Part shown: positions 13,100 to 26,638 of the stretch, one piece after another
Layout: every line of letters begins with the position of its first letter
Position numbering within the stretch: position 1 is the stretch's first letter
Assembly: GCF_964204645.1 (NCBI RefSeq)
Contig: NC_134025.1
Location: 12,400,001 to 12,464,000, forward strand
Length of the DNA: 64,000 nucleotides
Direction of reading: 5' to 3'
Source of the DNA: Tubulanus polymorphus
Taxonomy: Eukaryota; Animalia; Nemertea
Translations under genes and position numbers: made by a program
Notes under the pieces: model-generated
What the model was told of the DNA's origin: nothing
Databases searched by the model: none
What the model saw: the letters and a program-made list of their open reading frames with translations, nothing else

Positions 13100-14051
13100 C
13101 TACAATCCAGCAAATTAGTTTCATGGACCCACAGCTGGTGTCTCTGATGTTACCACAGGTGGTTACACCAGGCTCGTAGTGCGAGCCAAGGATCACTGAC
13201 TGGACAACACTCACACTGACACTCAACCAAGAACCTTAGTGTCTTATGATGATAACACAAGGATCGTAGAGCGACGGAGATCACTGATGGAGACAACCGC
13301 TGCCAGTGCTGGGTGAAACTGACACTTAACGTCCTACTAATTAACAGTGACACTGACCTGACCAGCTGACGTGATCCTCGTGGAAACAACCATTTCTAGG
13401 ACTGGGAGGGTTAACTGCAGCCTAGCCTACTAACTTAACAAATTATTACCACTCCTACTACTAACACTACTACTGTATTTGAAAATAAACTAAATGTTTT
13501 TTTACAAACCAAGGGCAAGGTCTATATTAAGTCCAAGGCAAGGCCTCTTCTATTTCTAAATATTCATGGCCTAATTCAATATTCATTACCGTGTTAAAAC
13601 TTAGATGGATTTCCCATAATGAAACCATCTACTAACGTCAACGTTCATCTACAGATTAGGTTGTCTAATATATTGATGGTTGTTCCTTGTAGGGGACCGC
13701 AAACAACATCTGGTATTCAGATTAGAAGTTGTCAGTGACTCATTAATATTCGAACGATGCACCGCCTAGCGACTATTTGAGGCACTAGTGTCACAAACTC
13801 AAATTCACATTATTACTGTATCGCTCCAACGAACCACGACGCGGGAAAATGAAAACAGGAGACAGAAAAATGTTCAGAAACATGTTTCCGAGTGTGTCGT
13901 GTGTTGAAACGAGAAACATGGTAGATCAAAACGTAGGCCTAGGTGTTCTCGAGAAGTGTTAAAAAAATTTCTTTAGATTAATATCACACTGGCCGTAACA
14001 TACTGTTAAAAAAGTGTCTTTAATGATAAAAGAAGTTATTTTTACATTATT

Positions 14052-15600
14052 CAGGGCCGTATGCAGCTCTTTATATGGGTAGGTGCGAATTTATGCCAAA
14101 GTGGAACTAAATACACCGCCGGGAGCGCCGCAGGCGCGAAAATGAGGGGTCTGGGGCCGTCCTCCCCAGAAAAAGGTACTCTGAGGTGTATTCTGAGGGC
14201 TTTCTGGCTATCTTTCTTTTCTGACGTTTTCCATCATAAATAGGGCAGAATCTGAATAATTTTATATAATCAGATCTGAAAATTTGATTTAATGATCATC
14301 AGTTCATGTAATCATTGGATGCTTCCAACACACAGAAAACTGATCTGTGCAATTCAAAACTCACAGAAAACTTATCTATGCAATTCAAAAACTTAAGACT
14401 CATATAGAAAATTCATGACTGATATAACATTTATTTTTTTCAAAATCTTTTGTATTTGAGGAGAAACATCCCATGATGAAACAGGAAATTAATCGTCCAG
14501 AAGGATATGTGCAAACTTCATCCTCCTGGGGTGAAGACAGATAAATCTTTTCACAATCTATCTCATCTCTATCAAACACAAAATCATAGTGAATGTGAGC
14601 TTGTACCAAAGCACAGGCGCGACTGGGCCATTGAGGCGCGCATATAATTGTGCAGTCTCCAACGCGAGCTGGCACTTCGCTCACATTCATAACTTGTAAT
14701 GAGAAGTGTTGCTGCTATTCTCAAAAGAACTGCAATATTTGAATACACAGAGCCTCATCGCACAGTTTAAGCGAGCTAGCAATTGTTGCCAGCTTTTCTT
14801 TTGAAATTTCAACCACCAGCGCGTAAGTTCCTGCTTAATTTCATCTGGTACTGGCATATCTGAGTAATAACATTTTATTGTCTCCTCAAGTTTAGGCAAG
14901 TATGATCCATTTCTTCATGGCAACAGAGTACTGAGGGTGTCAACAACAGTAACCTTGATGCTTTTTTCGAGACTTCTGAAAAATTATTAAGCAAACAAAT
15001 TGTGATAAACAATTTCATATACCCCGGTACGAATTAGTGTAGACTTTTTGATATAAACCTATATAATATTTACCTGTAAACTGAATATTGAGCTCCGAGG
15101 TGATATTATCTAAAAGTGGGATTGCAAGATTTCGAAGATAATACTCTTCGACAGTTTCTGCCGGTGCATTCGATCTATTTATTTGTCATGTAGCTGATCT
15201 GGGTTTCTCGATTGCCGCGCCGACTTTATCTGCCATTACTTTTGCTTGATTGATAACACATTTGTAATCCGATTCTATTCTTTACCTCAATAGCTTGTAG
15301 GTCGACTTTACGTCTTCGATCTGCAAAATTCAAAACAATGCTATTTTTAATTACAATATTCGTATTTGAAATGGAGGCTCCAGTGGTTGCATTCGCATTA
15401 AATTTATTACCTCGTGAAAAACTTCTAGGATATCTAGCGTGGAACTTTGTAATTTTATTGTAACTCCTTCAGTTGGGAAAATACTCATGTTTGGGGTAAT
15501 ATAGCGTCACTTGATAGCATTGAACGTGTACAATTGAAGTTCTATAAGCAGCTGTTTGGACTGAAAGGAAATACTGCTAACTGTATGGTATATTGCGAAG
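14052..15600 (-). mobile_element. Decayed hAT transposase (ZMYM1/PRKRIR-like clade)
   Basis: A minus frame near 14750-14590 reads YSNIAVLLRIAATLLITSYECERSASSRWRLHNYMRASMAQSRL..HIHY, the hAT dimerization domain. A cagggccg terminus lies at 14052. Frameshifted; right boundary approximate. Confidence 0.75.
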
Positions 15601-15749
15601 TGGGTAGATATCCTATTGCCATAAAGATTAGAACGCAAGTATTGTAATTTTGGCAAATCTTGAAATCAAATCGCGATCGTTGGTCATGGTCGTCCTATGA
15701 AGTAATGAATCAAGACCTTGAATCAAAATTCTTATCTGCAATCCTTGTT

Positions 15750-16948
15750 AGACCATTTAGGCTTTGATAACGTCTGGCACACACAAGAAGTATCCAATGA
15801 GAACCTTTTTATTAAATCTATAGAAAGTAGACTTCGAGATAATTTCATATCACCCTGGCAGTTTAATTTAGAGAATTCTTCAAAATGTTACTACTAAACA
15901 CATACAAAGTTGTCATTTGGAAATGTTTTTCAAATGAAGTTACTAAACTTAAATCACAAATATAAATCCCTTCGATATCATATCTGAAAAACTTACTTGT
16001 ACTGTCTGATATCATATTATCTGATATCGGTGCTTTACATGTATATTATATTCCTTTGTACGTGGGTATATCCACCATAAAAGTTTGTATGACTTTGGTG
16101 ATGGATAAATGAAATATATGAATAAAATACAATCTTGCTTTACGGTTGGGCAGATCTGAGGATTCTCCTACCTAGACATCATTGAGCGTGTTTACACTGA
16201 ATTTTGCGTTGGGTTTTACACCAAGAAAAAGCACTCCTCTTAACATATTCTACGGTGAGTCTGGGAGATTACAACTTTCTTCAATAGTCAAATCTCGAAT
16301 TATGAATTATTGGTCAACTCTTATTACAACCAGGCAAGGTAATATATCAGGGACAACTATTAAGCTCTTTATGGCCTACCCAATTGTAGATGGTTGCAAA
16401 ATATAAAAAGAAAATTTTATACTGTTGGTTTTAACAACATTCGGGATATAGCCAATTAATTAACTTAAACCCAAAACTGGCTAAATATCCCTTCGCCGGA
16501 GACTGAAAGATCAATTTGTGCAAGAATTATAAACATGTCTACATTCAGAACATGCAACTACATGTTTCCGGTTGAAATTGAGAGATGATTATTAGACACA
16601 TTGAGAGGAACGACATATTTGTACCCAGTAACAATGGTGTCGGTGATGAACATCATTATCTTTTTTGTTGTTATGATTTTAGCGAATAAGAATGCGCCTG
16701 ATCCCCCAATATTACTAGGCTGGTCCAAATTCTTTCAAATTCAGAGCTATGATGTAACAAAAATATGAATATGTATTAAAAGAGTTGTGTACGTTTGGTT
16801 TGTTATGAAAACATACGCTTCATGTTTCGACCATCTGTAATTTTACATGAACCATTTTGAAATTTTTTCAATGTAAATGTATTACGCTCTAATTGTCACA
16901 TGTAAATGACCTGAGTTTATCGGAAAATAAAGTAAAGTAAAGTAAACT
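15750..16948 (+). mobile_element. Fragments of RTE-X/L2-like non-LTR retrotransposon 3' ends
   Basis: LGFDNVWHTQ...IESRLRDNFISPW and KSTPLNIFYGESGRLQL...MNYW, a GDEHH-like zinc-knuckle remnant, and a 3' tail aataaagtaaagtaaagtaaac. Confidence 0.7.
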
Positions 16949-18579
16949 AAAGGGATATCGAACGGAAATGGACAAACGGCGAAAACCAAAAAAACAAACC
17001 AACACAATAAACCATTTTACAGTTGCTAGCCGCCATTTTGTTAGGGTACTTTTGTCCCGTATTGTTGGGTCGTTTTTTTCTTTTTTTAAAAACTATCCGT
17101 GATGCGTGTTGTATCATATTTCATCTGTCCATGGATGGATTTTGACAGTTTCAGCAACATTCAAACCGCATAAATCTCTAGTTTTCAGTTATGTAAAAAT
17201 CATTTTTTAAATTTGCAACAATGCGACATGAGAGCGATATAAAAATTGGCGATCAGTTTTTTCCGTGCGCATAGAAATCAAGGGTACTGAACTTTGAAGT
17301 TCGTTATTTTCAAAAATAATTTTCTAAAAAATCCAAACATTTCAAGAACTGTGCGCATAAATGCCCCTTTCAGGTGAACCTTGAAATTTTAAGATATCTT
17401 GCCTAGTGTTTTTCCTATGGCACTTTAACTGCAGCGTATGTATTGTCATTCCGAGATTCGGCGCTGGTTTCTTTGCGTGTATTTCAGTATATGGGTGTTA
17501 TTTTTTCATTTTTACTACACTTGTCTCTACGGAAAATGGTTGAACAGTATAACACAGAGGGAGGCATAGGCCTACACGCGAAGTCCATCGCCCATGAATC
17601 GAGCAATTTCTGCATCACAGCGATAGAAAAAAAATTGATGGGGAGACATATGAGATTTATGATTTCAGTGTGCGAGAGTGCCGGCACGAAGGAGGGCCCA
17701 CCCGAACGCGAAGATTTCATAATTAGTCCAGAGAGTGGTGCAAGAGTTTCCCGAGAAAAACTGTGAAAGGTTCAAACTACCGGTATATAAATTGAATAAA
17801 CTTTTGGCTTGGATTTGTCCAGTCTAGAATATTCCACGTGATTCGATCGACCACGTGATCCAATCCATCCAGCTGATAAGAATTTTCAAAGATAACTTAG
17901 AGAAACAAACCGTAAAGTGTGCGACAAGTGTGGGTCACTCAACCTGCTGAATATATTGCGCTAATGCAATAAATTAGACCAAATCTACGCGTGGGAAACA
18001 TAGATAACGGGAAATCTATGAATTCCACAAAATAATGATTTTTATGCACGATAACCTTTTCGGCAAATATAGCGTTTATCTATATCTTATCATCATAACG
18101 TCTATTTATTTAAAAAAAACTTGTCAAAACTATATCACAGATTTATCAAATAAGCCAACAAAAATTATGATAGTGTTGAAGCCCTCTAAGCGCATTTAAA
18201 ATTTTTTTGATAAATTTGGAATTTATAACTTGAACGGATTACCTGACCCTGCAATGATCGTTATTCATAGTCAGGAAATCGAAATTTTTTCTTGCAAATC
18301 GATAATGCAACAAAATACGTCCTGTTTGATCTAATACATACTCCCGGTGGGCGATAAAGCGTGATCAATGAAAGATTCCCGAAAGGTGATTAGACACTCG
18401 CAAATAGTTCGGGGCCAAGTGTAAAATACGGTGGACCAGTGAACGGGTATAGGAAGATATTCCATATGTAGGTTGTGATGCGGCGCTCTCACTCAGACCT
18501 GGTCGGACGACCCGCCGATGTAGACAGGTGACAGGCAGACGGGGTGACGAGCTGATTGGACGCTATCAAGATTCGGTAC

Positions 18580-19370
18580 TTAGTTTCAGATTTTTCAGAT
18601 TTAATTTATTGCTCAAGAAATTATACAATTTTTTCGAGCACAGGATACAAAAAAATAAACAATATACAGTTATTCAATTACGGTTACTCCAGTTACATTT
18701 ATAGTGTACAGTGACAGTTTCTTCTTCTATACGTATCATTATACACGCACTTAAAACGTGTGTGCACAGTGATGGTTAGATGAGGTGTTTGGACTTGTGA
18801 TGTAAAAAGATTAATAAATTTTCTTAAGTTAGGGATATTTACTAGTTGTTGCTGTATGTAGTGACTTCTTAAACTTTCAAAAAACTTTTTGGTGACTATG
18901 TGACAACACGAATTGAGTCACAATAGTGCAGTCTTTAATTCAGACTGTACGAGACTGGCCGACTGGATGACAAGCCACACCAACAATAACAGCAGTAAAC
19001 CCATTTATCTGAAACTTCAAGAATAACCTATTTATCCGGGTCACTGACTTTTTTTGATAAGGTTTATAAAATTCCCTGCACTTAATAATGGTCAACAGCT
19101 GTCGACAGAAAATGCTTGTTCAAATATACCATTAAACTACTCGTACTTGAGATATAAATTTTCTATTTGAGGAATCTCATCTTACTGCTTATACCACATG
19201 TCGTGTATAACTTTCGGGGAAACGTAGTATATAAAACTTAATTTTTTATGCATGAAATCTTAAACTGCGTCACATGACTGTATCGGGTTATCTCCTATAT
19301 ATTCGCAGAATATACACCACGCAACTTTATTAGTCCTAATAGATGTTAAAGTAAAGGTAAGTTCCAAAAA
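18580..19370 (-). mobile_element. Degenerate LINE 3' end
   Basis: Minus-strand tail caataaattaaaatctgaaaaatctgaaa and weak similarity to the LINE C-terminal region seen elsewhere in the window. Confidence 0.4.
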
Positions 19371-21521
19371 AAATATATCCAAGCTTGCAGGAACATTTGC
19401 ACTACAAATGCCCGGATAAGTATGGTAGCTGATATTTCAAGGGATGTCGCGCATTAATTTTTTGTAGCCGATTGATGACAAAAAATTGTGACGATTTTTC
19501 TTTAAGCCGACTAAAATCTACGTTAACTATGAGATAGTTTTTACGCAACGTAACAGTACATAAAAACAATCGATTGCTCGTACGTAAAATCAATGATAAA
19601 TGTTTTTCATTGTTTCAGTAGTTTTTACGTGACGCGTTTTTACGCCGCGTTAAAACTACGTAAAGAAGTTTTTTGATCTTCAACCTTTGATATACCTACT
19701 AATGTACGTAGTGGATATCATGTTTAAATATTCTCAGATATATCTACTAATAATAATTAATCAATGATGATATTTGCGAATAATGAATAATTATATAGTT
19801 AAGAATTACATTCTATTCGTTAGATAATATTTCCGGCATACATATCTAGAAGTGATATTCCATATAATCTATTTGACTCACATGTTTAATAGAAATCTTT
19901 TAGAATTAAGTAAAAATACATTAGATTTACCTAGCGAGATTTACCAAAGGGAGATTAATTGTATTTCTTCTTACATTTGACCATATTGTATTCAATTCTG
20001 ACGTTCAAATAGATTTTAAAAGGTTCCTTGAGAATTAAAAAGAATTCTATTGACATTTTCTATTGTCAATAACTTTATAAGCTATTGTTTTTCATTTGAT
20101 TATATTTGAATTGTTATTGTTGTATTGTTAGAACATAAACATCATAAATAGAATCGAAAAGAAATATAACAACTCAATTAGCTAGATTACCTAAGAAATT
20201 TCTTTTTCTAAATTCTTTTTTAAAATCTATAAAATAAACGAAAATGATATTTTTCATCTATTCTATACATTTTGCAATATTAGGCTATTCATCTAGAATT
20301 AATAATTGATTAATAAACGATCTACCCCGTATATTTTAACTAATCCTAATGTAATAATTCACATACATCATGTACTTGAAAATGCACAGTCTTAATTAAA
20401 TCGTTTACAGGAATGAGATTACAGGATATTTTTCTAATTCAGTTTAATTCTGAACAGTAGAATTTCTGTTGAACATCAAATGAAGATCGGAAATATCTTA
20501 AATCAATGAAGAAATAAGGAGTAAAGTGAGGAGAAACTAATCAACTATATGTCATAATAAGATAACAATAAAATTTACAATTATAGGTAGTGAGAAATTA
20601 AAGCTTTCTTATCAAAAGTTGAAGATCAAGAAAATGAAAATAAATAAAAAGTGATGTAATTCAATTATAAAAGTGGTATCTTATTATATGTTTATTGAGA
20701 AAAAAAGGATTAAAATTGTGGCACGCGAAGTGGCCCACAGCTATCAATTTTATTTTTCTATTGATGAAGTAATAGTATAAGACGATTTCATACAGACGTT
20801 TTATTATTATAAAATACCCAAAGAGCGGCAAATTCAACTTTTCTGGGCGGAAAACCCACAAACCACCGTAATAGGCTCGCATTAATTTTTGATGGAACAC
20901 GCTTGTCGTGTAGGCCTATCATAAGTATATTAAATGCATTAAATGCTAGGAAAATTCGGGACCCTGTTCTAGATTTCGTTGCCTCGTTTGCTGTATATAT
21001 GTGGTATACATATTTCCAAGAAGTGCTACCCCTATATCTGAGTCTGGATCCGTCCCTGTGGTCTATGCCAGTAATTTCATTCTGACCGGTCCTTGTCTGG
21101 AAATCGTTTTCGATTAATAGATAGCCACGAGTATGACTGAGGTATCTGGTTGGTCTTCGGATGGTGCAACTAGATGCATTATTAAACGAAACCGGCTATA
21201 TGCATGTTTACGATCGCACGGTAGTATATATTTTAGATTCAAATTCCTATCATTTTCTTTTATCTCAATCCAACCACTTATTTGAAACAAACAACTATAT
21301 ATATCGCATATGAATGACAAAAAGTTAGTCTAAAACAGCAGCAATTCACGATTAGTGCGATCTTGCCGTTACAGGTGAATACGATCTTGTTCGAGTCTCA
21401 GTCAACGCCGTTCCACAGCATTATCTGTTACTTGCGTAGGTCACGAGGACTGAGTTTCTGGTTCTCCACCATCTGTGACCGGTTGGGTGTTTTTACAGCA
21501 GGGTGGCTGGGGAATAAGCAA

Positions 21522-21995
21522 CGGAGCCCCGGAGGGGACATGGTGCGGTGAGAAATAAATATTTTTTTTCGCTCGAACGAAATGGGTGACCACAACAACT
21601 CATCGACTGGTCAATACATACATACACGACCACTAGTTTAAATGAATTTTACTGGGACAAACTCATAAAACGTAGAAACATAGCGAAATAACCCCTGGGA
21701 ACTGTCTTATATTCATTGACTCGGTCACACTATAAAAAACAACTCCGCAGGTATATTGAACACTCTATTATCCTGGTTCCATCATTAAACGAATCCATGT
21801 TTAATGAATCAGTTTAGTTCAACTAATTAGATTTATTTCACTAACGTTCGTAATTCCTTGTTCGATATATTCTGATTCCATGTTTGATGATTCTATCATT
21901 TGTTTATCTAAAAATATTTTCTCCATCACCATGTCACACATTTCGATCGAACGAAAAAAAAAATTATTTCTCACCATGTACTCTCCGGGGCTCTG
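21522..21995. mobile_element. MITE with cggagccccggaggggacatgg TIRs; right part duplicated at ~32766-33165
   Basis: Left end cggagccccggaggggacatggtg..gagaaataaat is the reverse complement of the right end ttatttctcaccatgtactctccggggctctg. Confidence 0.6.
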
Positions 21996-22074
21996 TAACT
22001 AGCACTAACTCCAGCGTTAAAATTACCAAAATAAAACAAGAAATATCCACGATAAAACGGGATTTTCGGATTCA

Positions 22075-22480
22075 CCTTTATTACGCGAGAAAACGAGAAA
22101 AAGTCGTTTTATCACGCGATAAAACGAACTTCATCGTTTTATTGCCACGTTAAAACAAAAATAGCGCGATAAGACAACAATTAACGCGATAAAACGAAAA
22201 AAAGTAGTTTTATCTCGCGATAAAAATACTTTTTTAACGAGCGATCAAATCGGCAATACGGGGAAGTCGTTTTATCGCGCGGACCGTTTAATTGCCAGTA
22301 CGTTTAAACGGAAAATTATGTTAAACGAAAAAAGTCGTTTCATAGCGATAATTTTCTCGTTTTAATGCGCCATTTTTCGTTTTAACGTGGCAATGAAATG
22401 AAAAAGTTCTTTTATCGCGCGATAAAACGATATTTACGTGATAGTTTTCGTTCTATTGCGCGATAAAACGACTTGTATGC
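22075..22480. repeat. Degenerate cgcgataaaacga tandem/palindromic array; shorter version at 33766-33958
   Basis: Many gcgataaaacga / tcgttttatcgc units in both orientations. Confidence 0.6.
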
Positions 22481-23354
22481 GTCTGTGAATAAAAGATTTT
22501 TGCAACGTCTTTGATTTTTTTTTACATTGCCCGAATAAGCCACCATGGTTTTCGCCTATGGCCTGCTTTCAATAATGAGTACGGTCATTTTATGAGGTCA
22601 CATCTTAAGTTGAGACCTTACAATTATGCTGAGAGCTAATAAGCCATTATTTCACCGCTCGCCGCTCACTGCGAATGTTATATTCAATTCAAAGATCCCT
22701 GAAAAAGATCTGACAATCAAGTGCCCGGTGTGTAGGCCTATAGATTTACAATTAGCTCACAGTGTCGGAAGCGTTCGTTCGTAATGAAAGTAATCACTTC
22801 GACACGCTGCTACATAGGCCTACGCTCATATTGATATCACTGAAAGTTTTGTCGAAAAAAAACGTGGTGCGTTTAAAACGTGGTACCGCTTGCTACGGCC
22901 TTGGGATACGAAAATATTATAATTTACAAAGGTTTGCATATAAGTGATGCTGCTAGGCGGCAGTCAACCCGTTATCCCGAGATATTGTCACAGAGTAAAT
23001 TCGGAAAACGTTTTATTCAATGGAAATTTCCCCAACACATCAGATATAGTGGGAATATTCATTCATTAAAAAACAGAGAAAATTATATCAAAACGTTTGG
23101 CAATTTGAGATATAATGACAAAATTGTATCGAAAAAATGTTTTTATGTCATGTCCCAATGACGCTTAGAAATGTGTATATTCTCGAAAAATAAATCGACG
23201 TTTCAATATTTACCCGGATTAGGTTTTATCAATCGAAATATGTATTTTAGATATCATCATACAGCTTATCGAAATTTGTATTATAGATAAAATTCATAAA
23301 GAGAAAACTTGTGTAACACAATTTGGTTCGAAGCAGGCACCGAGTTTTACAAAT

Positions 23355-26300
23355 ATGACCGGACCTTGGATTCTTAGAGTTTTCGCTATTCATATTTCAT
23401 TACACGTTTTCGGCGGTATCGTCAGTTGTTATGAAAGAAAAGTGCCTACGTACACTGTGGATCTTGATGCCCCTGAATCTGAGCGTTGGGACGATGTAGT
23501 GGATGACTTTCAACGCGAAATCGGGATGATTGCAAAAGCAGTTAGGTAAGTAAATAACGTATGATATAAAGATAATACAATAATAATAAAGATTTAGTAC
23601 AACAGTATACTGTACTGCTATTTCGATTTATATGTATATATTTTGTCATTTTGATTAGTTTACCAGTACCCGATGAAAGAGATGCATTTTTTGAAACATG
23701 CTTTTTGATGGAATCACTGGAACACCTTGTCATATACCGCAACATTTTTGAATTCTCGCGTTGAAGAAAGGTTTTTCTTTTTCTGCGCGAGAGCAAACAG
23801 TTTTCAATTGTCGCAGTGATAAAACTAGAATATTTCACACGAGAAAATGTATAAATCCATTCATGTTACACATTTAGGCATTGAGCCACACGGAGATATT
23901 TAAAAAAAGGCCCGAATCAGCAAGTATACCACTGATCGTGGTATATTTCGCACTTATAATATAAGTGAACTTATTTCGCTCAGTAATATTTCCATTTCAG
24001 AGAATTCGTTCCAGTCCAATGGCATTCAGCTTTTAACAAATTAACCACGAAAGATTTCTTTCCCACACCGTTTGGTGAAGAACTAAAAGGTAGTTTACTA
24101 TCTAAATGGAGAATAACGAATCGATATACATTCGAAATGTAGAAATTGATACAACGTTACTATTTTTCTTTCAGGTATAGCGGAGCGAGCTCAAGTCCCC
24201 CATGTAGATATGTTAATGGTTAACTTACTTTATACTTTAAGAGCGTAAGTGTCATTGACGCGTAGTGGTAGTGGTCGATCAATACAAGGGCGGATCCAGG
24301 GTAAACCTGGAGGTCCGGACCCCGCCCTAAAAAAGAAGGCCAAAATTTTTTGGGTGACCTTTTCCCGTAGAATGGGTCTAAAAAGAATTTGAAAGAAAAA
24401 TCAATCGAACTTCGTTTTATCCAAGTCAAATTGACAACGATGTAGTGTGTGTCCAACTCCTGTCTACACGCACCCGCTGCCCCGATGTCCGGATATTGAA
24501 CTGCCCTTCATTAACAAACATCGATATTGGCGACTGTAAAAACATAATAAAAATAGATATGTCTCCTTAAAAATGTATGAAAATGCGGATGTCACTAAAC
24601 CTCTAATTCATCTTATGTGTGCTTTGGCCGAGATATTTGGGGGTCTTAGGTTTATAAGTCATAGGTTTAGTATATCATATATAGGTGTCACTAAACCTAC
24701 GATCCCCTAAACATAAGACCTAACAGGTCTTAGGTCTTAGGTTTAGATGGTATCAGGTTTAGTGACACCAATAAAAATGTCCAAATACTGAATAGAGAAG
24801 CGGTAACGCAATGAAAACATTAAGGCAGCTTCTAAGTGTGCAATTCTGTATCCCTGTATCATATTTACTGCTGCTTTAGAGTCAATTAATTTGTTCAAAA
24901 ATAAGATTCCTTATATCAAACTACTGTTGAGATTTATTTGAGTCCTCTACATATATGAAACACAGTACATAAAACACATTTGAAAGTCTTCAGGTATAAC
25001 TGTTCTACATGGTCATTTTTGCATAAGGGATGTATTTTGAATAACAATATGATTAAACTGTGAAATACTGTATTATTATTTGTTACTATTTTTCATCATT
25101 TCTTTTTCCTCACACTACCTAACAGTAATTGCCCTAAATTGTATCGCTGGACCCTGCCCTTGTAAAAATCCTGGATCCACCACTGCAATATCTCAAGTTA
25201 CTAACGCACTTAGAAATGTTTCCAAGAACAATCTATCTTAATATCCTAGATCTTTACTTTCTCTTTTTCTTCATGGAATTATTGGTTAAGATGTGCTTAT
25301 ATTGCAAATGAATACTTTATGGTATAGATATGGTTGTACAAGTATCGTTGCACAGTCTAGTACAGGAAAGATTTGGCATGGACGAAATTTGGACTATGGG
25401 GTCAGCACATATGAAAAAGAATTGATTACTAAACTGGCGATTCAAGTGAACTTTCGCAAAAATGGAAAGGTAAAGCCAAGGTTTCCTACTATGACATACA
25501 AAAAGATTACTACTAGTACTTGTTTAATAGTAATAGAAGTATGTTGCTGTAGATAGTGTATACTGGTACTACTTATGCTGGATACGTCGGTTTACCAAAT
25601 GGTCAAAGGCACGGGGCGTTTTCGATATCATTGAACGAAAGGGGTATTGTACATCCAGATCACGATGAATGCTTCTTAAAATAAGTTTCGACCATTTTAG
25701 GGTGAATGACCTCATTTTTTTCAGCGCAAGGCGACGTGATGGAAAATATCCTTATGTTAAGGGAGCGAGCAATCCCAGTTCCTATGCTTATACGACAGGT
25801 AATATTAACTCAATCATATTCGTTTCATTGATCTATAAATTCACGAACAGCGATAAGCCCACACTTAAATCATGAAAAAGGTTGTGGACATTCTTTTACC
25901 TCTTCAATTATAGGTATTAAGCAGACCCTTGAATTATCGGCAGGCACTAAAAACGTTGTCAACAACTAGAATTTCTGCTCCAGCCTATTTGACAGTGGGT
26001 GGAATTCTACCTGGAGAAGGCGCTGTAATCACGCGTAATCACACGAAGGCTGTTAATGTCTGGGAACTTGATATGACGATAAACAGGTTCCATACAATAC
26101 CGGATTGTCCAGCTATATCTACTTCGTACTTTGCTATTGAATCGTACTTTTTAGTACCGGTACTGTTCTTATGTATATTTCTATTCTTACAATACGTATT
26201 GTATATATTATAGATGGTTTGTCCTGGAAACAAATTATGATCACTGGAAACCACCACCCTTGTATGACGACAGGAGGTATTATTCCACAGTAACTGATAC

Positions 26301-26638
26301 AAAAGTCAAGTTCACAACCGTACAATCGTACGAATAGAAGGCTCAATATTGACCGATTTTTGTTCTTTCGATTTTTTGTAGAACCCCTGGAAATAGGGCA
26401 ATGAATGCTATTGGACAGAAAGGTATCAACGGGACGTCCATGCTTCAAGTCCTTTCTACTGCACCAATACTGAACCCGTATGTTCGTTTATTGTGGTAAC
26501 CGTAGTGCTTAAAATCTCACTATTTCAAAATCTAATGTTCATAATCTGATTCTTTCTAATTCTAGTCTAACAACATTTACGGCGATAATGAGTGCTGTTG
26601 ACCCAAACGCATATTATACAGTCGTACTTCAGCCATAG
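23355..26638 (+). CDS. NAAA: N-acylethanolamine acid amidase-like Ntn hydrolase, copy A (353 aa)
   Basis: Exons 23355-23545, 24001-24089, 24175-24244, 25328-25469, 25553-25643, 25725-25798, 25914-26086, 26214-26276, 26382-26477 and 26566-26638 sum to 1062 nt in frame. Signal peptide, VDLDAP..RW, nucleophile motif [39 protein letters not shown]. Confidence 0.93.
24285..25185. mobile_element. hAT-like MITE with 5-bp TSD in copy A intron 3
   Basis: TIR caagggcggatccagg / cctggatccaccactg with caata duplicated on both sides. The paralogous site in copy C (~35840-35850) is empty. A smaller gtcactaaacct element is nested at ~24590-24770. Confidence 0.8.

Noticed and set aside
16950-18400. ORFs 17443-17766 and 17484-17720; possible large non-autonomous DNA transposon
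   Set aside because: No recognisable domain or splice pattern, and I could not define matching termini or a TSD.
26080-26095. Non-canonical or U12 intron at AG|gttcca in copies A and C
   Set aside because: It is still a GT donor at the position used by D (gtacca) and E (gtaggc), merely weak.
23355-26638. Calling the array acid ceramidase (ASAH1)
   Set aside because: CTSIVAQ, RNLDY and ETNYDHW fit NAAA better than the ASAH1-type CTSIVAE, RNMDF and QTNYD.
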